Below are positions 18,595 through 27,387 of a stretch of 44,434 nt of DNA, in pieces. Location of the stretch: assembly GCA_037137395.1 (NCBI GenBank), contig JBAXKK010000011.1, positions 1 to 44,434 on the forward strand, given 5' to 3'. The translations under genes were made by a program, and so were the position numbers. The notes below the pieces were generated by a model. The model did no database searches. It worked only from the letters and a program-made list of their open reading frames with translations, and was not told the DNA's origin. Origin of the DNA: Elusimicrobiota bacterium (GTDB taxonomy: Bacteria; Elusimicrobiota; Elusimicrobia; Elusimicrobiales; UBA9959). The first letter of the stretch is position 1. Every line of letters begins with the position of its first letter.

Positions 18595-20226
18595 ATGACC
18601 GACAATAAACCTAAGTTCAAATATCAGGAAATGTTCGAGTTACAAAAGTCTGATACCAAATACCGCAATGTCGCCAAAACCGGCGTAAAAGTCGTAAAAA
18701 CCGGCGGCCTGGAGATCCTAGAAGTCTCCCCCGAAGCCCTAATCACCCTCGCCCGCGAAGCAATACGGGATGTTTCATTTCTCCTTCGCCCGGCGCACCA
18801 GGAACAGGTAGCCAAAATATTCAGCGATACAGAAGCCTCCGAGAACGACAAGTTCTTGGCTTACTGCATGCTGGAGAACGCGGCCATCTCAGCGCGATTT
18901 GAACTCCCCTTCTGCCAGGACACCGGAACCGCCATCGTTATAGCAAAAAAAGGCGAACAGGTCTGGACCCGCTCCAACGACAGCGAACTGATATCAAAAG
19001 GAATATGGGAAGCCTACACCACGGAAAACCTTCGCTACTCCCAGACCCTGGCCATGGACATGTATAATGAAAAAAATTCAGGCGACAATCTGCCTGCACA
19101 GATAGACATATACGCGAAAAAGGGCATGGAGTATGAATTTCTGTTCGTCACAAAGGGCGGCGGCTCGGCCAATAAAACCATGCTCTACCAGGAAACCAAA
19201 GCTACCCTTAACCCGGAAAAACTTGAACCATTCCTCATAGAAAAAATGAAATCACTCGGCACCGCGGCCTGCCCCCCCTATCATATCGCTTTTGTAATCG
19301 GCGGAACTTCAGCCGAGATGTGCCTTAAAACCGTTAAGCTGGCCTCCACCGGATATCTGGACGGCCTGCCTGACTCCGGAAATGAAAGCGGTCGTGCCTT
19401 CCGCGATAAGACCTTGGAGGCGCGACTCCTGACGGCAGCTCATAAAACAGGCTATGGAGCCCAGTTCGGCGGAAAGTATTTCGCCCACGATATTCGGGTC
19501 ATCCGCCTGCCCCGCCACAGCGCATCATGTCCTATCGGCATGGGCGTATCGTGCTCCGCCGACAGGAATATCCTGGCCAGGATAGACAAAGGCGGCCTCT
19601 GGCTGGAGGAAATGGAAAAAGAGCCGGGCCGCCTGATACCAAAAGATATCAGGGCCAAATTCTCATCCTGCTCAAATTGCGTAAACATCGACCTTAACCG
19701 GCCAATGAAAGAAATAACGGCTGAGCTTTCAAAACATCCCATCGGAACCAGGCTTTCCATAAGCGGCAAGATAGTAGTGGCACGGGATATAGCGCACGCA
19801 AAGTTTAAGGAACTTCTGGATACGGGGAGACCTCTGCCTGAATATCTAAAGAACCATCCGATCTACTATGCCGGCCCTGCTAAGCAGCCAAAAAACAAGC
19901 CGTCAGGCTCTTTCGGCCCTACCACGGCAGGCCGCATGGATTCTTATGTGGACCTCCTTCAGTCAAAAGGCGCGTCTATGGTAATGATAGCCAAAGGCAA
20001 CCGCTCGCAGGCCGTGACCGACGCCTGTAAAAAGCACGGCGGCTTCTACCTGGGCTCGCCCGGAGGACCCGCCGCACTCTTAGCCGAACGGAATATAACA
20101 AAGGTGGAAACGCTGGATTATCCGGAACTGGGCATGGAAGCGGTCTGGAGTATAGAAGTGCGGGACTTCCCCGCCTTTATTCTGGTGGACGACAAAGGAA
20201 ACGACTTCTTTAAACTGGTTAAATGA
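18595..20226 (+). CDS. fumA: Fumarate hydratase class I (Fe-S), fused alpha/beta
   Basis: [47 protein letters not shown] before ATG 18595. Confidence 0.95.
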   Translation: MTDNKPKFKYQEMFELQKSDTKYRNVAKTGVKVVKTGGLEILEVSPEALITLAREAIRDVSFLLRPAHQEQVAKIFSDTEASENDKFLAYCMLENAAISARFELPFCQDTGTAIVIAKKGEQVWTRSNDSELISKGIWEAYTTENLRYSQTLAMDMYNEKNSGDNLPAQIDIYAKKGMEYEFLFVTKGGGSANKTMLYQETKATLNPEKLEPFLIEKMKSLGTAACPPYHIAFVIGGTSAEMCLKTVKLASTGYLDGLPDSGNESGRAFRDKTLEARLLTAAHKTGYGAQFGGKYFAHDIRVIRLPRHSASCPIGMGVSCSADRNILARIDKGGLWLEEMEKEPGRLIPKDIRAKFSSCSNCVNIDLNRPMKEITAELSKHPIGTRLSISGKIVVARDIAHAKFKELLDTGRPLPEYLKNHPIYYAGPAKQPKNKPSGSFGPTTAGRMDSYVDLLQSKGASMVMIAKGNRSQAVTDACKKHGGFYLGSPGGPAALLAERNITKVETLDYPELGMEAVWSIEVRDFPAFILVDDKGNDFFKLVK

Positions 20227-20277
20227 CTCAATTGCGACAAGGCTTGGAATCGGCACTAGAATAGTATCAGCGCCGGA

Positions 20278-21174
20278 TCAAAGGCCACCGGTTATAATTT
20301 TCTGTTTTCTGACCAATAGCGTTACCCAGTAAGCGCCAGCCAGGGCCAGCGCCAAACCCGCCATCTGATAGGCTTGTATTTTTTCTATACCCAGCGCGGC
20401 CGAGAGGATGGCCGTCAGCACCGGATAGGAAAGGACTATCGCCGTCGCCTTGGATAAATCCATATTAAGTATTGCCTTATACCAGAGAATGTTATTGAAA
20501 GCCGTGAGCACCACCCCCCAGACCAGAACTATCCCTAAAGTTTTAAGATCCGCCTGAAAATGAAAAACAGGAGTAAAAAATCCGGCAGCGAAGAGCGGAA
20601 GTATACTAAGAGCGGCGAACAACGTCCTGGCGGAAGCGACGAAGGTGTGGGGTATTCCCTTCGGCAATTTTTTGCTGATAAGGTGCGAAATCTGATAGGA
20701 AAGCGGGATTGCCATGACTATGAGGTCGCCGGTCCAGCGGAACGTAAATCGTTCTTTGAAAACTATCAACATCGTCCCGGCCAAAACCAGCGCGGTTCCG
20801 GCCAACTGCCTGGCGCAGATCTTCTCCCGCAGGAAAATGCTGGTCAGTATTACGGAATAGATGGCCTCTATCTGGCCTATAATTGCCGCGTTGGCAGGAG
20901 TGGTATATTTAAGCGCGATGACCAGGCCGACTATGGGCAGGGCGCTGCCGAAAAATCCGATACCAAGAAGACTGGGCCAAAGCCCGGGCTTAAAGTATTC
21001 CTTCAACAGATTCTTTTTGAGTATCCAGGGAAGAAAAGACGCGAACCCCAGGGCAGAGCCGAGAAAAGCGAACAACACAGGGGAAATCCTGCCGGCGGCC
21101 AGATAACCGAATATCGGAATGAAAGAATTTATACAGACATTTATCCAGATCGCGCCCAAAGGGGTAAGTCTCAT
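20278..21174 (-). CDS. DMT/EamA family transporter
   Basis: Two EamA halves (ALKYTTPANAAII..LREK; G..LALAG); start moved to ATG 21174 to avoid overlap with divergent gene. Confidence 0.88.
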   Translation of the reverse strand: MRLTPLGAIWINVCINSFIPIFGYLAAGRISPVLFAFLGSALGFASFLPWILKKNLLKEYFKPGLWPSLLGIGFFGSALPIVGLVIALKYTTPANAAIIGQIEAIYSVILTSIFLREKICARQLAGTALVLAGTMLIVFKERFTFRWTGDLIVMAIPLSYQISHLISKKLPKGIPHTFVASARTLFAALSILPLFAAGFFTPVFHFQADLKTLGIVLVWGVVLTAFNNILWYKAILNMDLSKATAIVLSYPVLTAILSAALGIEKIQAYQMAGLALALAGAYWVTLLVRKQKIITGGL

Positions 21175-21180
21175 GACTAA

Positions 21181-21186
21181 ATTATA
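21181..21186 (-). promoter_or_regulatory. Putative sigma70 -10 box (TATAAT) 6 nt before eamA-like start, suggesting a leaderless transcript
   Basis: minus strand TATAAT-ttagtc-ATG, no SD sequence. Confidence 0.5.
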
Positions 21187-21286
21187 CAAAAAGGCGCCTG
21201 GAACCTTTTTCTTTTTCCCTTTTTCAGGCAATAGGCTGTCAGCATTCAGCCTTCTGTTATTTATATAATCATGCTGGAACTCAAAC

Positions 21287-22402
21287 ATGAAAAACTACCA
21301 TCTCTTCCCAGTTTTCCTGACGCTTCTGGCGTCTTATATCGGCCTGCACTTATACTCAGCCTCTTGGTTCGCTCGCAGCTTCGCCGTATCCGCCGCTAAC
21401 GCGCGCAACCTCCGCATCCTCTTTCTGCTCCTGGCCCTGTTCTCCCCCCTAACCATGTTCCTGCGCCACCGCTATACAAATCCGGCGCTCGACTGGTTCT
21501 ATACCGCGGGTTACGCTTGGATGGGAATTATATTCCTGGCCGGCGCCGGGTTCATTTTTGCGGACTTAATCAGGCTCGGCCTGAGATTCTTTCTTAATCC
21601 GGTCTGGGTGCAGTGTTACCGCTACTGCGTCCTGGCGGCTCTGGGGCTTGCTTTTCTCTTCGCTTTTTACGGCGGCTCAAAAGCTCCGGAAATAAAAAAA
21701 CTGACTATAGCCGTCCCCGGCCTACCGCCCGCTCTTGAAGGGTTAAGAATCGCTCAGATTTCCGACATCCATATCGACTCGGAGCACAAGCTCCGCCGAT
21801 TTTCCAATACCGTGGATATAGTAAACCGCGCTAAACCCGATCTGGTGCTCTTCACAGGCGATCTGATTGATCCGGGGCTGACCGGCAGCGGTCTACTGGG
21901 AGAACTGGTCCGCAAAATTAAACCCCGGCTGGGAGTATACGGTGTCTTGGGCAACCACGAGTATTATTACGGCTACGAAAAATCTGTAACATGCTACAGG
22001 GAATTCGGAATAAATCTTCTCAGGAACGAAGCCGCGGATGTGGCGGGGATACATCTTATCGGTCTAAGCGATATTCTCACTGAAAAAATGACGGAAAATG
22101 ATATCAGGGATATTCTAAAAAAGCATCATAAGCCAGGTGTATCAATCTTGATGACGCATCAGCCGGTGATGTATCCGCTGATAGCCGAAAGCGGAGATTT
22201 TGTGGGACTCTCAGGCCACACCCATGGCGGACAGATCTTTCCTTTTCATATCTTCACCCGTATGTTCTATAAATATTTTTACGGGCTTTACCGATTTAAG
22301 AATTCAGTTTTTTATGTCACTTCCGGAACCGGCACATGGGGCCCCCCCATGCGCTGGTTGGCCCCTTCAGAGATCCCGATAATCACGCTGACCGCCAAAT
22401 AA
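21287..22402 (+). CDS. Membrane-anchored metallophosphoesterase (YkuE/YaeI-like)
   Basis: SDIH, TGDLID, LGNHE, HQP, GHTHGGQ, GTWGPPMR; N-terminal TM helices. Confidence 0.92.
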   Translation: MKNYHLFPVFLTLLASYIGLHLYSASWFARSFAVSAANARNLRILFLLLALFSPLTMFLRHRYTNPALDWFYTAGYAWMGIIFLAGAGFIFADLIRLGLRFFLNPVWVQCYRYCVLAALGLAFLFAFYGGSKAPEIKKLTIAVPGLPPALEGLRIAQISDIHIDSEHKLRRFSNTVDIVNRAKPDLVLFTGDLIDPGLTGSGLLGELVRKIKPRLGVYGVLGNHEYYYGYEKSVTCYREFGINLLRNEAADVAGIHLIGLSDILTEKMTENDIRDILKKHHKPGVSILMTHQPVMYPLIAESGDFVGLSGHTHGGQIFPFHIFTRMFYKYFYGLYRFKNSVFYVTSGTGTWGPPMRWLAPSEIPIITLTAK

Positions 22403-22536
22403 CCCTTCAGTAAGGACCCAAAAGGCCTAGCCCCGGCCAGTCCTATTATTTAGCAGGCCTGGGCCCTTAGAACCTTGTGATCCGGCAGGGATCGTGATAA
22501 CCTATATATGTACAGAAAACTGCAAAGGAGCATTGA

Positions 22537-23694
22537 ATGAAACTAAGCCTCGGCGCCATAATATTAGCGACAACTATTTTTTCATTTATACCTGTTCATG
22601 CCGCCAAGAACGCGGACTTGAACGTTGCGGCCTTTGAAGTCGAAGCCGGTCGGGACGCCGAAGCGCTGGCGGGATCATCATCCATAAGGGCGCCGCTTGC
22701 CGGCGATGACGCCTCCGTGGATCGACTGCTTGCCGACATCAGGAACTATACGACAGGACTCGCCAACAGAGGACCGTACGAAGAGGACCTCAAGCGCCGG
22801 TTGGCAGCCATAAGCTCTATCTGGTCGCTGGGCGAAATCGGCAACCCCAGAGTGATGGATAAACTGGCCGGTTTTTATTTTGAGTCGGATGAAATTATAC
22901 GCATGAATATACTCATCAGCATCGGCAAGCTGAAAACTCAAAAAGCCATTCCCTTTCTCAGGCAGACCGCGGCTTCCGAAAATGAGACCATGGTAGTGCG
23001 CTCAGTCGCTTTTGAACTGCTGGAAGCGTTAGGCGACGACTTTAAGCTGGAGCAGGTCGCCCCCTCAAGGGTCAGGGGAATGGAAGACTCCGACATAATC
23101 TTCACCGGCAGTTTCCTGGGAACTCCCATTGGTGAACCAATAACCACCCCGGGCGGCCATGTGGGTTTATTCGTAAAAACCGAAGTTCGGGACGGCAGGA
23201 TAATCAGCGAGATAGTTGACTGCATGCCAAACGTTGTCAAACCCGGCGGCGTGAGAAAGGCCTCATGGAGCCTATTCACCACCAAATTCAAATTTCCTTT
23301 TTATGGCAACCGGACAACCAGGGAAAAACCTTCGGCCGCGCAGCGAGCCGCCATATCGGACGCCGCCCTGGCAGAACTGGGGCATCGATATAACAATCTC
23401 CACGACACTCAGAAGGGCCCCTTGGAGTTTGACTGCGTGGGTCTGGTGGAATACGCCTACGAGTCTGCCGGCCTAAACCCCACGCCCGACAAATTTGAAA
23501 CCGGCTGGAGCTGGCCGCTCACCCCCGCGGAGCAGTTCCTTCACACCGCAGCCAATCAGCCGGCCGCCACCCCCTACATTACCGCCGCAACGCCAGGCTC
23601 AAAAAATGCTGAAGCCTCTCTTAGTCTGGGACTATTCGGCGTAACAGGGCCGACGGCAGTAACCACGAGTATAACCCCGGTTCCGGCAGACTGA
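22537..23694 (+). CDS. Exported HEAT-repeat protein with permuted papain-like NlpC/P60 (YiiX/YaeF-like) domain
   Basis: Signal peptide; WSLGEIG/ISIGKL HEAT repeats; GHVGLF precedes FDCVGLVEYAY (His-before-Cys order); LTP near the end of the domain. Confidence 0.7.
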   Translation: MKLSLGAIILATTIFSFIPVHAAKNADLNVAAFEVEAGRDAEALAGSSSIRAPLAGDDASVDRLLADIRNYTTGLANRGPYEEDLKRRLAAISSIWSLGEIGNPRVMDKLAGFYFESDEIIRMNILISIGKLKTQKAIPFLRQTAASENETMVVRSVAFELLEALGDDFKLEQVAPSRVRGMEDSDIIFTGSFLGTPIGEPITTPGGHVGLFVKTEVRDGRIISEIVDCMPNVVKPGGVRKASWSLFTTKFKFPFYGNRTTREKPSAAQRAAISDAALAELGHRYNNLHDTQKGPLEFDCVGLVEYAYESAGLNPTPDKFETGWSWPLTPAEQFLHTAANQPAATPYITAATPGSKNAEASLSLGLFGVTGPTAVTTSITPVPAD

Positions 23695-23753
23695 CGCGGA
23701 GCGCTTATAATTTAACGCTGCTACAGGTCTGGCGCGGAAACGCGGAAAACCCG

Positions 23754-24176
23754 ATGAAAAAAATATTTTTACTGCTTTTTTTTCTAGTTTTTATATTACT
23801 TTCAGCGTACTTTATTTATCCTTTCGCGCTGCGTTCTGCTTTTCTTATCCGTGGCACGGCTGAAGTAACGTTTGAGTTAGCGGAAAGGGCGACCAAGCCC
23901 AACACCATGTTTTTTTTGGTGGCCAAGAACGAAGGCGGCGTGCCGGTGGCAGTCAAGAAGATCATTAACCCTGTTTTTCCGCTAGATTTTCAAATGACCC
24001 CCTCCGACCTCATCATGCCTGATATCCTGACAAAAAAAATATATCTGGAAGCCTTCATCAACAGCCACGGAGAATTGGGAGTTTTTAAGAATGGAGATTT
24101 TAAAGGCTCCATAAAAAGTCCGCTCCTCATCTTCAGCAAAAACAACCACATAGTAATCGACACGCCCACCAAATAG
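23754..24176 (+). CDS. Membrane-anchored protein resembling CcmI/CycH C-terminal domain
   Basis: N-terminal TM; FLVAK..GGVPVAVKK...FPLDF....DLIMP...A.I..HG......GD..G pattern. Confidence 0.6.
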   Translation: MKKIFLLLFFLVFILLSAYFIYPFALRSAFLIRGTAEVTFELAERATKPNTMFFLVAKNEGGVPVAVKKIINPVFPLDFQMTPSDLIMPDILTKKIYLEAFINSHGELGVFKNGDFKGSIKSPLLIFSKNNHIVIDTPTK

Positions 24177-24177
24177 A

Positions 24178-24268
24178 GCAGCAATTTAGAGGCAAAGCAG
24201 TCCAGATGCACGGCCAAGTGCCTTGCATCTAAATCGCTAAATGGCTTTGCATCTATTGCTGCACCTAT
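24178..24268. repeat. Imperfect inverted repeat with recurring AGATGCA/TGCATCT units
   Basis: gcagcaat ttagaggcaaagc ... gctttgcatcta ttgctgc. Confidence 0.55.
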
Positions 24269-24364
24269 TGGGCCTTAAGACCCATCCGCGCACGGGCCCT
24301 CTGACACCTGTCTCGTTTCAGAATTGTTGTATACTATTATGGGGAAAGGTCAGGGGGAGGGATT

Positions 24365-24550
24365 ATGACTTGGGAAGAACTCAGCAAAAAATACGACAAA
24401 GAAAAAAGCCGCATACCGCTGCTTGAGCAGGAACCTAAACTTGAAAAGAACTGGGGACAGCTGGTCCGCTCTACAGATAAACTGATGTGGCTGTTCGCGA
24501 TGTCCAACGATGGACGGAAAAAACTTACACGGGACGACTCAAAGACCTGA
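24365..24550 (+). CDS. Small hypothetical protein
   Basis: GGAGG RBS, upstream TATACT at 24330-24335, downstream terminator. Confidence 0.6.
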   Translation: MTWEELSKKYDKEKSRIPLLEQEPKLEKNWGQLVRSTDKLMWLFAMSNDGRKKLTRDDSKT

Positions 24551-24565
24551 GTCGTTTCTGATTTC

Positions 24566-24603
24566 AAAAAAATATCCCGCGGTTGACCGCGGGATATTTT
24601 TTT
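24566..24603. terminator. Bidirectional rho-independent terminator
   Basis: A7-tatcccgcggt-tg-accgcgggata-T7 between convergent genes. Confidence 0.9.
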
Positions 24604-24627
24604 ATACTTTCAGCCGAAAGTGAATGC

Positions 24628-24858
24628 TCACCAGACCAGAATTCTGCTGACACCCATGTATATGAGAGTGGCGCCCACAAGGAGCAACAGGAAGCCCCAG
24701 TTCCTGCGGTGCAGGGCGACATAAGAATCGTTCAGCAGTGTCTCTTTAAGAACCTTATTAATGCGCTCGATTATATCCGGTTTATAGATATAGCCCAGAC
24801 CAAGCAGGAGTATCACCAAACCGAAGAATAGTTTAAGATACGGATTTATCGTTATCAT
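24628..24858 (-). CDS. Small membrane protein (two TM helices)
   Basis: Two hydrophobic segments; overlaps pth 3' end; ends just before terminator. Confidence 0.65.
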   Translation of the reverse strand: MITINPYLKLFFGLVILLLGLGYIYKPDIIERINKVLKETLLNDSYVALHRRNWGFLLLLVGATLIYMGVSRILVW

Positions 24859-25438
24859 AATTGAATCGGTTCATCGCTTCGTCTAAACCTTTTTCTATGA
24901 CCGTCAGCAGAGCCTGGCATCCACGTTCCAGCGCGGCCGCCAGCCCGACCTCTTCCTCTTTTGAAAAATGTCCCAGCACAAAACGCTTCGCGTCTATTCC
25001 GGCAGGCCTTGGACCGATTCCGATCTTGATCCTGGCAATTTCCTGCGTGCCCATAGTCTCAACGATTGAAAGTATCCCTTTATGTCCGCCGGCAGAACCG
25101 CCGCGCCGTATTTTCATTGAGCCAAAAGGTATAGACATATCATCATAAACCGCAATGACCCCGGAAGCGGACACCTTGTAAAAATCCGCCAGACTCCTGA
25201 CGGCCAATCCGGAATTGTTCATATAGGTACCGGGCTTTAAAAGAAAGACCCTGGCGCCCCCCAGCCTGGCCTCAAAACATTGCCCAAGGTCCTTCCAGGC
25301 CCGCCAACGCCCATGCCCGGAGGCGCGGGCGGCAAGATCAGCCAGCAGAAATCCTATATTGTGCCTTGTGCTCTCGTATTCGCGACCAGGGTTTCCCAGC
25401 GCCGCGACTATGTAAATAGTTTCTTCCACCTCTGCCAC
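24833..25438 (-). CDS. pth: Peptidyl-tRNA hydrolase
   Basis: LGNPG..Y..TRHNIGF, KP.TYMNNSG, GGSAGGHKG. Confidence 0.96.
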   Translation of the reverse strand: MAEVEETIYIVAALGNPGREYESTRHNIGFLLADLAARASGHGRWRAWKDLGQCFEARLGGARVFLLKPGTYMNNSGLAVRSLADFYKVSASGVIAVYDDMSIPFGSMKIRRGGSAGGHKGILSIVETMGTQEIARIKIGIGPRPAGIDAKRFVLGHFSKEEEVGLAAALERGCQALLTVIEKGLDEAMNRFNYDNDKSVS

Positions 25439-25453
25439 CTCTTGTAAAAAAAA

Positions 25454-25550
25454 GAGCGGGAGCTAGCCAATGTTTGCGCAGGCGCCGTATAACCGGCCTA
25501 TGGCCATCGTAAGGCCAATTCCTGTACTCGCATATGACCCGCTCCCGCTC
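25454..25550 (-). ncRNA. Candidate structured RNA (three-way junction) between rplY and pth
   Basis: 10-bp closing stem GAGCGGGAGC/GCTCCCGCTC, inner CAGG/CCTG, hairpins TGGCC/GGCCA and GCCG/CGGC, followed by T8 on minus strand. Confidence 0.45.
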
Positions 25551-25565
25551 CGTTTGAAAAGAAGG

Positions 25566-26306
25566 CTATTTCTTGGGTTCGGCCTTCTTCTCTCCGGGCT
25601 TCGCGGCGGCTCCAGCCGCGGGTTTCGCCCCGGGCTTGGCCGCGCCTTCCGCGCCTTCTTCCTCTTTCTTGCCCTTCGCGGCTACTATCTCGGGCTCGGC
25701 AGCTGCGGCTCCGGCGGCCGCTCCGGCGGCTGTCACGGGGGTTTCAACAACTTCTTCCTTCGGCGCCACAATGCTGACAATGATATGGTTCGGATCGTCC
25801 AGGATCTCAACCTTGTCGTGCTTAATGTCCTTAACACGGATGGCCTCATTAAGCTTCAGATTGGAAACCTCGACTTCTATCTCTTTGGGGATGTCCATCG
25901 GCAAACTGAGGATGTTGAATTCACGCATCGAATGTTCCAGGATGCCGCCCTCTGTCTTAACGCCAAAAGCCTCTCCCACAATCTTAATGTGAACCTTGAC
26001 CGTAATCTTCTCGGTCAACGAGATCCTGTGAAAGTCTATATGTATCACTTTATCGGTGACTACATGCCGCTGAACTTCCTTGATAATAACGTTGTCCTCT
26101 TTATCGGAATACTTCAGCCTGAGGACGGCGTTGGAGCCCCTCTTGAGAACGCTGAGCATTTCTTTTTCGGAAACTGTGATCTGTACCGGCGGTTTTTTTA
26201 AGCCGTAGATAACGGCGGGCGTTACGCCTTCGGCCCTGAATTTGCTCAGAACGCCCCTGACTCCGGCTTTTTCCCTGAGCTGCGCTGCCACATTTAACTG
26301 TTCCAT
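25566..26306 (-). CDS. rplY: 50S ribosomal protein L25/general stress protein Ctc
   Basis: R.EG..PAVIYG, KEVQRHVV....HIDF, GV..EGG.L; AGGAGG RBS before ATG 26306. Confidence 0.96.
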   Translation of the reverse strand: MEQLNVAAQLREKAGVRGVLSKFRAEGVTPAVIYGLKKPPVQITVSEKEMLSVLKRGSNAVLRLKYSDKEDNVIIKEVQRHVVTDKVIHIDFHRISLTEKITVKVHIKIVGEAFGVKTEGGILEHSMREFNILSLPMDIPKEIEVEVSNLKLNEAIRVKDIKHDKVEILDDPNHIIVSIVAPKEEVVETPVTAAGAAAGAAAAEPEIVAAKGKKEEEGAEGAAKPGAKPAAGAAAKPGEKKAEPKK

Positions 26307-26327
26307 ACGTCCTCCTGATATTAAATA

Positions 26328-26424
26328 ATTCAAAATTCCGGATTTAAGATTCAAGATTAAGGAACATCCCGATATAATCTCCAATCTTGAATCTTCAATC
26401 TTGAATCCGGAATCTTAAATCCAC
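26328..26424. repeat. Inverted pair of heptamer arrays (ATTCAAG / AATCTTG)
   Basis: attcaaa attccgg atttaag attcaag attaagg ... aatctcc aatcttg aatcttc aatcttg aatccgg aatctta aatcc. Confidence 0.88.
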
Positions 26425-26428
26425 CCGA

Positions 26429-27382
26429 TCACTTAAACAGCTCGCTTATAGATTGGCCGACATGATTGCGCTTTATGGCTTCAGCCAAAAGCGCGGCCAC
26501 GGATATTACCTTAATTTTAGCACTTTTTGAGGTGTTTGCGGGAATGGTATCCGAAATTATCAGCTCTTCTATAGGAGAATTATTTATTTTATCAATGGCG
26601 TCCCGCGATAAAACGCCATGCGTGCACGCGGCCACGATAGTGGCGGCGCCATGCTCTTTTAAGGCGAACGCCGACTGCACCAGAGTCCCGGCCGTGTCCA
26701 CTAAATCGTCAAAAATAAAGCAGTTCATGCCTTTAACATCCCCGATGATATTATATACAACCGCCTCATTCGGACGGGGCCGGCGCTTATCAATAATAAC
26801 CAGGCCGACGTTCAGACGCTTGGCGAAAGACCGCGCGCGCTCAACGCTGCCCACATCCGGCGAAACCACCACCAGATTCTTCAAGTCCCTGTTTTTGATG
26901 TGCTCCAGCACCACAGGCCGGGCATAAAGATGGTCCATGGGTATATCGAAAAAGCCCTGTATCTGCGCCGCGTGCAAATCTATGGTTATAACACGGTTGG
27001 CGCCGGCAGAAGTTATCAGGTTGGCCACCAGCTTCGCCGTAATGGCGACGCGGGGAGCGGGCTTGCGGTCGGCCCTTGCGTAGCCGTAATAGGGCAGAAC
27101 GGCCGTGATGCGTCCGGCGGATGCCCTTCTGAGAGCGTCCATCATAACCAGCAGTTCCATAACATTTTCGTTGACGGGCGGGCAGGTGGGCTGTATGACA
27201 TAGCAATCGTCGCCGCGCACATTTTCCATTATGTGCACGTCTATCTCACCGTCAGCGAAGCGGCCGACCCTGGCTTCTGAAAGCGGCACGCCGAGAATAT
27301 CGCAAAGCTTCTGCGACAGTGCCGGATTAGCGCTGCCGCTTATGATCTTAAGCGCTCCCGTCTTCCATGAATCGCTCGTCAT
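26429..27382 (-). CDS. prs: Ribose-phosphate pyrophosphokinase
   Basis: FADGE, PYYGYARADR, DLHAAQIQGFF, SPDVG, DDLVDTAGT. Confidence 0.97.
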   Translation of the reverse strand: MTSDSWKTGALKIISGSANPALSQKLCDILGVPLSEARVGRFADGEIDVHIMENVRGDDCYVIQPTCPPVNENVMELLVMMDALRRASAGRITAVLPYYGYARADRKPAPRVAITAKLVANLITSAGANRVITIDLHAAQIQGFFDIPMDHLYARPVVLEHIKNRDLKNLVVVSPDVGSVERARSFAKRLNVGLVIIDKRRPRPNEAVVYNIIGDVKGMNCFIFDDLVDTAGTLVQSAFALKEHGAATIVAACTHGVLSRDAIDKINNSPIEELIISDTIPANTSKSAKIKVISVAALLAEAIKRNHVGQSISELFK

Positions 27383-27387
27383 CAGTT

